In this document: in pieces, positions 10,634-21,043 of the stretch | Layout of the letters: each line of letters starts with the position of its first letter | How positions within the stretch are numbered: position 1 is the first letter of the stretch | From: an uncultured Bacteroidales bacterium | GTDB taxonomy: Bacteria; Bacteroidota; Bacteroidia; Bacteroidales; PUMT01 | Length of the DNA stretch: 64,000 nucleotides | Direction: 5' to 3' | NCBI GenBank assembly: GCA_964520585.1 | Contig: CAZFOO010000003.1 | Coordinates: 21,169 to 85,168 of the forward strand | Notes under the pieces: model-generated | The model's input: only the letters and a program-made list of their open reading frames with translations | The model's database searches: none | Told to the model about the DNA's origin: nothing | Translations under genes and position numbers: made by a program

Positions 10634-10678
10634 TTCCTTTTAGGGACGGGTGGCTCAGGCCGGCTGACCTGTGAGATT

Positions 10679-11194
10679 CTATTCAAGCATATTCCTTATT
10701 TCTTTTGCTATATTTTCAAATCGCAAAAACGGGAACATAGTGGGAGCAAGTTTTGCTATCGGATCATATAGCATCGATTCTTCAATATGATCTTTTGGCA
10801 TAAAATCATGCTTCCTGTCAAAGGCATTAAGGATAACGAATAATACACTTAAGAGCAGCGCCATTTTCAGAACGCCAAAAATAAGTCCCAGCAACCGGTT
10901 TATGAACCCGAGAGCTATGGCATCAAGCAGACGGCTTACCATGTAGGCTGCAATATTAATTGCAATTACAAATCCGAGAAAAGTAATTGTAAAGGAGACA
11001 AGATGCATATAAGGGGATGATACACTTAAAGTACTAACCAGCCATTCTGCTACAATTCCTGAGAATTTAGCCGCACCCCAGATTCCAGCGATCAGGGCAA
11101 TAAAAGTGGCTACCATGATTATCAGTCCCCTTGTTAAACCACGGTATGCAGCCCAGGCAATCAAAATTACGATTATCAGATCTATGTAGTTCAA
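10679..11194 (-). CDS. cvpA: CvpA family membrane protein
   Basis: 171 aa with the N-terminus MNYIDLIIVILIAWAAYRGLTRG typical of CvpA. The start codon is TTG (rc of 11192-11194), and there is no in-frame upstream ATG before a stop. Confidence 0.75.
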   Translation of the reverse strand: MNYIDLIIVILIAWAAYRGLTRGLIIMVATFIALIAGIWGAAKFSGIVAEWLVSTLSVSSPYMHLVSFTITFLGFVIAINIAAYMVSRLLDAIALGFINRLLGLIFGVLKMALLLSVLFVILNAFDRKHDFMPKDHIEESMLYDPIAKLAPTMFPFLRFENIAKEIRNMLE

Positions 11195-11512
11195 TACTGT
11201 GATTAAATAATATTTAACTATAGAGCAACTTACAACCTTGCGTTATCCCAACACTTCCAGGATAATTAATTCATAATGCCAGTCCGCTATCGCTGATCTA
11301 CAGGCAACTGAACTTATCATGAATCAATACAACCTTTTATTTGCAAGGCCTGTAAATATAGCAATTATAGGATTAAAAATATGCGTGGCAACTATTTTAG
11401 CAAGTATTTTTGTTTCAACGGCAATTATCATTATTTTTGTCCCCGGTTTTGGATTAAATACTATTCCCGGAATTTTCAGAACATAGAACTTTGTATATTC
11501 AAAATCTTGTCC

Positions 11513-11584
11513 GGCCTCATAGTTCAATGGATAGAATAGCGGTTTCCTAAACCGTAGATCCAGGTTCGATTCCTGGTGAGGCTA
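11513..11584 (+). tRNA. tRNA-Arg (anticodon CCT)
   Basis: Hand-folded cloverleaf: acceptor GGCCTCA/TGAGGCT (G1-U72 wobble), D stem GTTC/GAAT, anticodon stem GCGGT/ACCGT with loop TTCCTAA, T arm CCAGG-TTCGATT-CCTGG, discriminator A. CCA is not encoded. Confidence 0.85.
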
Positions 11585-11598
11585 CTTCTAAAATCACA

Positions 11599-11640
11599 GG
11601 CCGCTGTAAATCAAATGATTGCAGCGGTCTTTTCTGATTT
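11599..11640 (+). terminator. Rho-independent terminator after tRNA-Arg
   Basis: Stem GGCCGCTG / CAGCGGTC (one G-U pair) followed by TTTTCTGATTTTT. Confidence 0.7.
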
Positions 11641-11745
11641 TTGCCTGAAGGTGGTAGAAAAAGTCGTAGGGAGAGAGTATCTCAGTTGGCTATTCCTGGG
11701 ATGTGTTAGTCTTTAATTATTCTTTGGAAAAATGGATAATTGATA

Positions 11746-12225
11746 TTATAAATCAAGTATTCCAAAGGTAATATTAAAAGGAGTGTTTAAATCTATGAAT
11801 TGAAATTTCGGGTTAGTCTCCTTTTTCAGTAGATTGTATATCTTTAAACTTTCTGAATCTGAGGAGAGATAATAACTGATTGCTTTTTCACAATCAGCCT
11901 GGGCGAAAAGTTTTGAATCATTTGGGATTATGTTCCTCTCTCTTAGTTTGAGGCTTCTTTTATGTTGGAAAACAATTTTTGCAAATTCACCTGTTTTTTT
12001 TGAATGATTAAGGTTAAATGGAACAATTTGCAAGTTTCTAAGTGGCAATTCATGCACATCTCCACCAACACAATATTCTGCTATTGAGATTGTTGAAATA
12101 ATCATTGATATTTCCTTCTCTAAGAAGTACCGAAAATAGCCATCAGCATTCTTAAATAGTGGGTCACTATCATTTAAAAACCTTAAAAAGAAGCTTGTGT
12201 CAAGTAGAACAGCATTATGCGTCAT
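11746..12225 (-). CDS. PIN-domain protein (VapC-like putative ribonuclease)
   Basis: 159 aa with the acidic PIN signature: VLLDTSFF near the N-terminus, SIAEY, NDSKLFAQAD. Its start overlaps the upstream gene by 11 nt. Confidence 0.75.
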   Translation of the reverse strand: MTHNAVLLDTSFFLRFLNDSDPLFKNADGYFRYFLEKEISMIISTISIAEYCVGGDVHELPLRNLQIVPFNLNHSKKTGEFAKIVFQHKRSLKLRERNIIPNDSKLFAQADCEKAISYYLSSDSESLKIYNLLKKETNPKFQFIDLNTPFNITFGILDL

Positions 12226-12997
12226 AATTACCCCTGATTTCTTTCAGCCAACTATCGGGATCAATATTTCCAAGCCACGATTTTTTTGCTCTGTCCCTAA
12301 GTGTTTTTAAATATTGTTCATCATATTTTGGTTGGTAGTTAATCAATTCACTGAATTTTAAATTTGAGGTATCAATTTCTCCAGTCTCTGAATGCTGCTT
12401 TCCTGTTGCCCTTATACCAAATGTTTTATAAAGAAGGTTTTCATCATATTGTTCCAGGAAACTGATTGGTGTTTGTATTCTTACAGTGCCAAGTTCTTCA
12501 GTTAATATGTGAATATTTGCTTTGTCTTTACCACCTGCATTAGTTAACTTGCCATAAAAATAAAATTCCGCATCTACCCAAATTGCTTCAGTTCTGTAAT
12601 AATGTGTAGTGCGGTCTATCTTAACTTCATTCGAGTTGTGAAGAGAGGTCCTTATGTTAAAAGTGTAATTTCGTTTTAAAGCAGTATCTTGAATATTTTC
12701 AAATGCTTTTGCTGTCGATAGGTCGAGAAAATCAATATTATTAATTTGATTTATTTGTCCAATGATTGCGTTAAACCCAATAATATATTGAATAGATGTT
12801 TTAAATAAATGTATTACAGAACCTTCACTAATTTGATAACTGATTGTTGGTCTATCTCTTTTTTCTCCAGGATATAGTAAATTTTCAGCATTATCCAAGA
12901 TCGACATAATCTCCCGAATATCGTAATTATCAGGTGATAAGTCGAGATTGCCATTGGTGCCAGTAATTTTAATTTCTATATATCCAATCTTATCCAT
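12215..12997 (-). CDS. Hypothetical 260-aa protein translationally coupled to the PIN gene (family not recognised)
   Basis: Long clean ORF with an ATG start in an AT-rich segment. No TM helix, signal peptide or HTH was evident. The C-terminal tail reads ...LRDRAKKSWLGNIDPDSWLKEIRGNYDA. Confidence 0.7.
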   Translation of the reverse strand: MDKIGYIEIKITGTNGNLDLSPDNYDIREIMSILDNAENLLYPGEKRDRPTISYQISEGSVIHLFKTSIQYIIGFNAIIGQINQINNIDFLDLSTAKAFENIQDTALKRNYTFNIRTSLHNSNEVKIDRTTHYYRTEAIWVDAEFYFYGKLTNAGGKDKANIHILTEELGTVRIQTPISFLEQYDENLLYKTFGIRATGKQHSETGEIDTSNLKFSELINYQPKYDEQYLKTLRDRAKKSWLGNIDPDSWLKEIRGNYDA

Positions 12998-13365
12998 AAT
13001 ACAAATGTAAAAAAATAATGTGTGTCATAATTTATAAAAATACTAATTGATAACTAATTTTTTTATTATGACTAGATTGATTATTTACATCAATTCAGAC
13101 CAGATCACGGACATTCATGTTTTATATAGATTTTTTATCCATGTGGTAAAAAAAATTTATTTGTGTTGTAAGACCTTTCAAAGGGATTAATAATAAGGAT
13201 AATACACAAGATTTGTGATATAAAAAGTGTCAAATATTAAAAAAGTGGCAAAAAAATAGTCTTGATAATCAGGCAGATAGGACAAAATTTAGTCCTTTCC
13301 TACTGGCTTAAATCCACTTTTCTCAACTCTCTGTTCAATATATTTTTTTAATGTGACGGATTAAT

Positions 13366-13716
13366 TTATTTATTTCCTGCCTTATACCTTATTACTTCTG
13401 CTTTTTCAATTGTTATCAGTCCGCCAGATTTTGATTGCTCAAATAATTGGTCAACTTTTTTGAGGAACTCCTTGATTTTTTCTTCCTTGTCGACTATTTC
13501 AATTACCAAAGGCAGATTAGAGGAGATCTCTAATAGTTTTGTAGTGTGGATCTTTGAGTTTGCGCCAAAACCCATTATCCCCCGTGTAACCGTCGCACCC
13601 GAGAGTCCTTGCTTTTTCGCTTCAATGACGATTTCTTCGTATAAAGGATGTTGCCCGTGCTTGTCAGACTCCCCGATGAAGATGCGAAGCAGTTTTGCAT
13701 CAGGATTATTTTCCAT
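13366..13716 (-). CDS. DUF190 (PII-like) protein, commonly paired with CrcB
   Basis: LRIFIGESDKHGQHPLYEEIV...GLSGATVTRGIMGFG pattern. It lies 3 nt downstream of crcB. Confidence 0.8.
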   Translation of the reverse strand: MENNPDAKLLRIFIGESDKHGQHPLYEEIVIEAKKQGLSGATVTRGIMGFGANSKIHTTKLLEISSNLPLVIEIVDKEEKIKEFLKKVDQLFEQSKSGGLITIEKAEVIRYKAGNK

Positions 13717-13719
13717 TTC

Positions 13720-14091
13720 CTAAAAGAGTTTAATAATCGCAAATCCGATAAATGTTGCAATAATACCTACTACCACGGTTGAAGAGATGTAAACAGTCGC
13801 ATAAAAAAATTGTCCGTCACGGAACAGACTAAGTGACTCGATTGAGAAAGCGGAAAAGGTCGTAAACCCGCCAAGCACGCCGGTTGCAAGGAACAGTCGC
13901 CACTCTTGCGTAAGAGTGCCTCTGTCAGTTAAACCGAAAACCAGTCCGATAAGAAAACAACCTATAATATTCACCGTAAGAGTGCCGAAGGGAAATGTAG
14001 AGAGAAATTTTGTCTGTACGAGTTGAGAAAGCAGGTAACGAAGAACACCTCCAATAAAACTACCTGTCCCGATTGCCAATAATATCTTCAT
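13720..14091 (-). CDS. crcB: Fluoride ion channel CrcB/FluC
   Basis: 123 aa, 4 TM helices, with GSFIGGVLRY and GVLGGFTTFSAF motifs. Confidence 0.88.
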   Translation of the reverse strand: MKILLAIGTGSFIGGVLRYLLSQLVQTKFLSTFPFGTLTVNIIGCFLIGLVFGLTDRGTLTQEWRLFLATGVLGGFTTFSAFSIESLSLFRDGQFFYATVYISSTVVVGIIATFIGFAIIKLF

Positions 14092-14295
14092 TACATAATT
14101 ATTCTTCTTGCCGTGCCATAATAATATCTCTTCTGGCTACCGTCCATTATTGTTTTCGTATTATATATGTTGCAAATACAGGTTCTATGTAAAGATGTTA
14201 AAAATTAGCATTATATATTTATAAGGAGGAGAGAAATATCTGTTTTCTTTTTGATTTTATAATAAAAAGTGACTTAAAGGTGGACATTTTGTTTT

Positions 14296-14427
14296 TTATT
14301 GATCAGGTTGATTACCGATAATTCCTGCCCGATCTGATGTATGCCTGCCAATAAGGTCTTTCAGGAACACTTTTTCTTTTCTCCAAATAAGTTCCATCAA
14401 CTTCTCTTCTGTCTTTGAAAGTTTCAT
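14296..14427 (-). pseudogene. Truncated BlaI/MecI-family repressor remnant (43 codons)
   Basis: MKLSKTEEKLMELIWRKEKVFLKDLI... matches the first ~26 aa of the intact BlaI-like gene at 19057-19431 (MKLSKTEEKLMELLWKKENAFLKELI), then diverges and stops. The upstream DNA is also conserved. Confidence 0.7.
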
Positions 14428-14448
14428 CTTTCTATGTGTTGTTATTAG

Positions 14449-14466
14449 ATTCTACAAATATAGAAT
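14449..14466. promoter_or_regulatory. Palindromic BlaI-type operator candidate
   Basis: ATTCTA-CAAATA-TAGAAT, 22 nt upstream of the remnant start. It is near-identical to the site at 19453-19468. Confidence 0.55.
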
Positions 14467-14524
14467 ATGTAATTACTGAATGCAAGTTTTTAAGAATATT
14501 TCTAAAATTAGTTTGTTGGTAAAA

Positions 14525-14556
14525 GAGAATAATTATCTTTACGTAATTATTATTAT
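14525..14556 (+). promoter_or_regulatory. AT-rich Fur/PerR-box-like elements upstream of the Fur-family gene
   Basis: GAATAATTATC (palindromic core ATAATTAT, 14529-14536) and TAATTATTAT (14544-14553). The latter matches the core of the PerR-box type TTATAATTATTATAA. Confidence 0.4.
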
Positions 14557-14566
14557 TAAATAAATT

Positions 14567-17183
<2,617 letters not shown>

Positions 17184-17220
17184 ATCTACAAAGCTGTTAT
17201 CGCATATAGCCAGTGGTGGG

Positions 17221-17243
17221 GGAAGTTTAAACCTGAAACTTCC
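17221..17243 (+). terminator. Hairpin downstream of katG (possible terminator, no U-tract)
   Basis: 8-bp stem GGAAGTTT / AAACTTCC with a 7-nt loop, 38 nt after the katG stop. Confidence 0.4.
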
Positions 17244-17415
17244 TGCTTCGCAGCATAGTTTGTTTCAGTTAATACAGACATGCTCCGAAATCCCTCACTG
17301 GCATTATGCGGTGCACTGTATTACCACTGATAGTGGTCCCCGAAAAAGCAAAAATGATTTTAAATCAGGTAAATCCTCTTCTATACAGGCTTTTGACCGG
17401 GATTGTGTTTCCCGG

Positions 17416-18951
17416 TTACAACTTAGCGAACAACTCCTTTAACCCGGCAGGGTCAATATCAAAACGATATATTTTGTTGTTAAATTCCTCAATTTCTCGG
17501 AAATCAACCATAATGCTCATTCTGCTTTCTTGCTTTATAATAAGCTTTAAAAAATCTCCCGTCCTAAATTCACCATAATTCGCTCCTTCAGGAGCACCGG
17601 GGGGAGGAGGGACAGATTTGCTGTATAAATCCCACATATGCAAACCACCAAGGGTTTGTTGCATCTCGATGATTTCGCCAGAGCCAGGAACTATTTTAAT
17701 ATCTACAGAAGATTGTGTGGTGAATTTAAAAAACTGATTAGTTCGCCTGTGCAAATTTACCGGTGTTTCACTTCCTGCTTCATAGAATTCGGTAAACATT
17801 TCTCCATCTTTACGTTTTGTTACAAAAATTTTAACTTTTATCGGCGCATCTAAAACATTATTATCATCCATTGTCCCGTCAAATTCTCCGATTATTTCTT
17901 TTATTACATTACCTGATCCGTCAGTTCTGCTAACCAATTTCCAGTGAGACTCATCAGGTACTACATTATTAGCCTGTTGCTTATCTAAAGGTCCGGTCAG
18001 GTCATCGCTGCATCCTTTTGCAGTGAATAATAAACCTGCAACTGCAATCAAAGGGATTATTGCAATTTGCTTAAAAAATGCGATCCCGGGAGATGTTTTT
18101 TTGCTCATCATTTTTAGCCGTTTTTTTGTCAGTAGGTAATTGAATGGGCTTGATAGTGACAGACTGTTTGTCTGCCTGATTTTTTCGAATAATAAAAGCT
18201 GATATGTCTTAGTATCCGAAACTGATTCTATGACTGACTGGTCTGCCAGAAATTCATGATTGAGTCTAATCGCCTTCCTGCAGAAAAAAAGAATGGGATT
18301 TATCCATGCAAACACCGTTATGAGTTCAGCAAACAAAATATCCAGTGAATGATACTGTTTTACATGAGTTAATTCATGAGCCAAAATTTCCTTTTCGATT
18401 TTTCCCCTCTCAAAATCATCCCGGTTAACGAAAATATAACTCAGAAAACTGTGGGGGATCCCGTTATTTTTTGTCAAAACAATGGTGCCATCAAGATAAG
18501 GGATAGATTTGTTGTTTTTTATCGTAAGATGTATGGACAGAACATTTCTTATAAACCTGTATAACAGAGTCAGAGTAACAGTAATGTAACAAATTAATAG
18601 CAACATTAATCCGGAATTATATTGATTTGTGATAGTGGAAGCAGGTTGTGTAAGTGTGGTCTGAAGCTCACTGTCCTCAGGGTTGTTTTTGGCTATGTTG
18701 TTATCAGGGGTGAAGTTTTCGCTGATCTTGTTAGTTACCGGACCGGTATCTGTAATATTGATTAATCCCGGTACTTGTGGCATTAATGATATTTTGGGAA
18801 GGGGTACCAGGGGAACGGCAAAGGGTAGTATGATGCTTATCAGCAGGTAGAACCTTTTGAACCGGTGCATCTTTTCTCTTTCGAGGAAAAGATGGTAGAT
18901 GGCCATCAGCAGCGCAGAAAATAAGATTGCTTTAATGATGTAGGTTAACAT
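17416..18951 (-). CDS. BlaR1/M56-family membrane metalloprotease signal transducer
   Basis: 511 aa, N-terminal TM helices, HExxH in ILAHELTHVKQYHS. The C-terminal ~200 aa extracytoplasmic domain is of unrecognised type. Confidence 0.85.
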   Translation of the reverse strand: MLTYIIKAILFSALLMAIYHLFLEREKMHRFKRFYLLISIILPFAVPLVPLPKISLMPQVPGLINITDTGPVTNKISENFTPDNNIAKNNPEDSELQTTLTQPASTITNQYNSGLMLLLICYITVTLTLLYRFIRNVLSIHLTIKNNKSIPYLDGTIVLTKNNGIPHSFLSYIFVNRDDFERGKIEKEILAHELTHVKQYHSLDILFAELITVFAWINPILFFCRKAIRLNHEFLADQSVIESVSDTKTYQLLLFEKIRQTNSLSLSSPFNYLLTKKRLKMMSKKTSPGIAFFKQIAIIPLIAVAGLLFTAKGCSDDLTGPLDKQQANNVVPDESHWKLVSRTDGSGNVIKEIIGEFDGTMDDNNVLDAPIKVKIFVTKRKDGEMFTEFYEAGSETPVNLHRRTNQFFKFTTQSSVDIKIVPGSGEIIEMQQTLGGLHMWDLYSKSVPPPPGAPEGANYGEFRTGDFLKLIIKQESRMSIMVDFREIEEFNNKIYRFDIDPAGLKELFAKL

Positions 18952-19056
18952 GGTAAAGGATTTTTTTGTATTTTGCCGTCTGTGTTACTTTGAATCTCTG
19001 TGAAAAAGCCGTGAAATAAATCTCCTTGGCTACAGAGCTTAGTATTGAGGCTTGTT

Positions 19057-19431
19057 TTATTGATTTTTTTTCTTTTTGATTTCCTCGTCAATTATTTTTT
19101 TAAGTTCTTCGAGTTCCTCCTCGCTCAGGTTAGTTGTTTCGGTAAAAAAAGTTGCAAACTGCAGGGCTGAGTTACTGAAGAAGTTTTTGATCATTCCCCT
19201 TACATGCATTGAAAAATAGTCGGCTTTAGGGATAAGTGGAAAGTACTGCCTTGAGTTGCCATAGAGTTTATATCCTACAAATCCTTTATCCTGCATCCTT
19301 TTCAACAGGGTTGCAACCGTGGTGGCTGCCGGTTTCGGATCAGGATAGCTGTCAATAAGTTCCTTAAGGAAGGCATTTTCTTTTTTCCAGAGCAGTTCCA
19401 TCAATTTTTCTTCCGTCTTTGAAAGTTTCAT
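19057..19431 (-). CDS. BlaI/MecI/CopY-family transcriptional repressor
   Basis: 124 aa winged helix (LSKTEEKLMELLWKK...TTVATLLKRMQDKGFV), located upstream of the M56 gene. Confidence 0.88.
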   Translation of the reverse strand: MKLSKTEEKLMELLWKKENAFLKELIDSYPDPKPAATTVATLLKRMQDKGFVGYKLYGNSRQYFPLIPKADYFSMHVRGMIKNFFSNSALQFATFFTETTNLSEEELEELKKIIDEEIKKKKNQ

Positions 19432-19452
19432 ATTCTACATATAGTTATTGGA

Positions 19453-19468
19453 TTCTACAAGTATAGAA
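19453..19468. promoter_or_regulatory. Palindromic BlaI-type operator candidate
   Basis: TTCTA-CAAGTA-TAGAA, 22 nt upstream of the blaI-like ATG. It is conserved with 14449-14466. Confidence 0.55.
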
Positions 19469-19614
19469 CATTTTTTTAATATTTGCAACTTTTTAGAAGC
19501 GAATTTTTTGGTTAATTCTTTTTTAAAAAATATGGTATTGGAAATTTTTTATGAAGGGACCAATAAAGTATATCAATTATTACGGATAGTACAGGTGTAA
19601 TTATTTTATGCTGC

Positions 19615-20004
19615 TCATTTATTGGTGTCTAAAACCGGTGCAGTGTTGGCGGAATGGGTCTTTATACCTTGATGCCCGGTAATAAAAGCATCAGGATGCT
19701 TTTTAATTTCTTTTGAAATTAATGTCCCCGATATTTTTGATCCTTCATGTAGTACTGTAAGGTTTGAAACATGAACTGTTCCAATTATTTTGCCAAAAAC
19801 AATAAGATCTTTTACTTTGAATTCCCCGATGAGTATTCCCTCCTTGTCAACAACCAGACATTCGCTTATATTTAGCTTTCCTGAATATACTCCGGATAAA
19901 TTCAGGCTTCCGTTTATTATGAGCTCACCTTTTCCTGAAACAACGTTCAGTTGGTTTGATGAATTTTCAGCGTTTTGGATATCCTTTCCATCAATACTCT
20001 CCAT
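19615..20004 (-). CDS. Bactofilin-like protein (second copy in the window)
   Basis: 129 aa with GKGELIINGSLNLSGVYSGKLNISE..GILIGEFKVKDLIVFGKIIGTVHV..GSKISGTL repeats. Confidence 0.7.
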   Translation of the reverse strand: MESIDGKDIQNAENSSNQLNVVSGKGELIINGSLNLSGVYSGKLNISECLVVDKEGILIGEFKVKDLIVFGKIIGTVHVSNLTVLHEGSKISGTLISKEIKKHPDAFITGHQGIKTHSANTAPVLDTNK

Positions 20005-20419
20005 GATAATTAATATTTAATTTAGAATCCCTTTTCGTCATTATTGACTGGCTGCGTGTCCGTTTTCTTCCTGCCGGAATTCACAAAAAATAGTATAAAC
20101 AGTCTTCCGGGGATAATATATCTTGTCAAGGAATGCTAAAGTTTCGATTTGAGATATGTTCACAAAAAATGAATTGCCAATAAATTTAAATCAATAAAAA
20201 CAGCAACCAAAAAAGAAAGTGGCTCTTATTGAATATATTTTGATAATAACTCAATATCTAAAGTCCAATAGCATTAAATTTGTGACGAACAGCACAAGGT
20301 TGTTAGAATATATTGTAGATGGCCAGATTTTATAGAATTTCTTACAAAAAAACTTCAAAACAGCTTAGGTTTGAGATAAAAGTAGCCGCATTAGAATAAT
20401 TTATGAAAAAACTTTTTTA

Positions 20420-20439
20420 TTATGAACTAATGTTCATAA
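20420..20439. promoter_or_regulatory. Perfect 8-bp-arm palindrome upstream of the DUF134 gene (operator candidate)
   Basis: TTATGAAC-TAAT-GTTCATAA, 20 nt upstream of the ATG at 20459. An extra TTATGAA half-site sits at 20401-20407. Confidence 0.5.
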
Positions 20440-20458
20440 AAAGTTTTACTTTTGTGCC

Positions 20459-20881
20459 ATGGCCCGGCCCAAAAGGAAAAGAACAATTATGAATCCTCCG
20501 GTAATGGAAGGATTTAAGCCATTTGGGGTTCCAATGATTAAGCTGGAGCCTGTTTGTTTGTTATTTGAAGAATATGAATCAATCCGGCTCGCGGACTATG
20601 AGGGACTGACCCAGGAGCAATCTGCTAAAAAAATGAATATTTCCCGTCCCACATTTACCAGGGTTTATGAAAAAGCGAGGCGGACAATTGCACGGGCTTT
20701 CGTGGAGGGGAAAGCAATATTAATTGAAGGCGGAAATTATCATACAGATGATTGCTGGTACAAGTGTGAAACCTGCATGAAACTGAATATTTCAAAAACT
20801 GAATCAAGTTCATGTAATTATTGTCATTCAGAGGCATTGAGAAATTTAAACAGAAAAATGGGATTTGATGGAAGCTGCTGA
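20459..20881 (+). CDS. DUF134 (UPF0251) DNA-binding protein with a C-terminal Cys-rich extension
   Basis: MARPKRKRT...FKPFGVP...EEYESIRLADYEGLTQEQSAKKMNISRPTFTRVYEKARRTIA (sigma-70 region-4-like HTH), then CWYKCETC...CNYC. Confidence 0.85.
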   Translation: MARPKRKRTIMNPPVMEGFKPFGVPMIKLEPVCLLFEEYESIRLADYEGLTQEQSAKKMNISRPTFTRVYEKARRTIARAFVEGKAILIEGGNYHTDDCWYKCETCMKLNISKTESSSCNYCHSEALRNLNRKMGFDGSC

Positions 20882-21026
20882 TTTCAATGGTAATGGTGAA
20901 TGCCTGGGTTGCGACCTCCTAATTCCACAAACTAAAGGGAAACCCTGCATGGAAAATATTTGTCCATGTTGTGGCAAAAATAAATATCCGGGAAGGAAGT
21001 TATTATCATCAATTATATTTAATTAA
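20868..21026 (+). CDS. Possible 52-aa Cys-rich micro-ORF overlapping the DUF134 stop
   Basis: Below the ORF-track cutoff and translated by hand: MEAADFNGNGECLGCDLLIPQTKGKPCMENICPCCGKNKYPGRKLLSSIIFN (CxxC...C...CxCC). It fills the gap before the NifX-like gene. Coding status is unproven. Confidence 0.3.
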   Translation: MEAADFNGNGECLGCDLLIPQTKGKPCMENICPCCGKNKYPGRKLLSSIIFN

Positions 21027-21043
21027 AAAAGGAGAAATATATT

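Noticed and set aside
11324-11527. 67-aa minus-strand ORF
   Set aside because: Its 5-prime end overlaps tRNA-Arg by 15 nt and no motif is recognisable. It is probably spurious.
11683-11700. ATTCCTGG segment resembling the tRNA-Arg T-arm, considered as an att-site remnant for the PIN islet
   Set aside because: Only about 8 contiguous bases match. It lies 100 bp from the tRNA on the same side of the cassette rather than at the distal end, and no integrase is present.
14092-14295. Expected fluoride (crcB-motif) riboswitch upstream of crcB
   Set aside because: I read the minus strand of this region looking for the GGnGAUGG...CC...AACCGC...CUGAUGAnnCCUAC pattern and could not align it convincingly. 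An Rfam/Infernal scan (RF01734) would be decisive, because absence cannot be proven by eye.
20447-20454. TACTTTTG -7-type box as the DUF134 promoter
   Set aside because: It ends only 4 nt before the ATG, so it would require a leaderless mRNA. I kept it as a remark in a finding rather than listing it as a feature.
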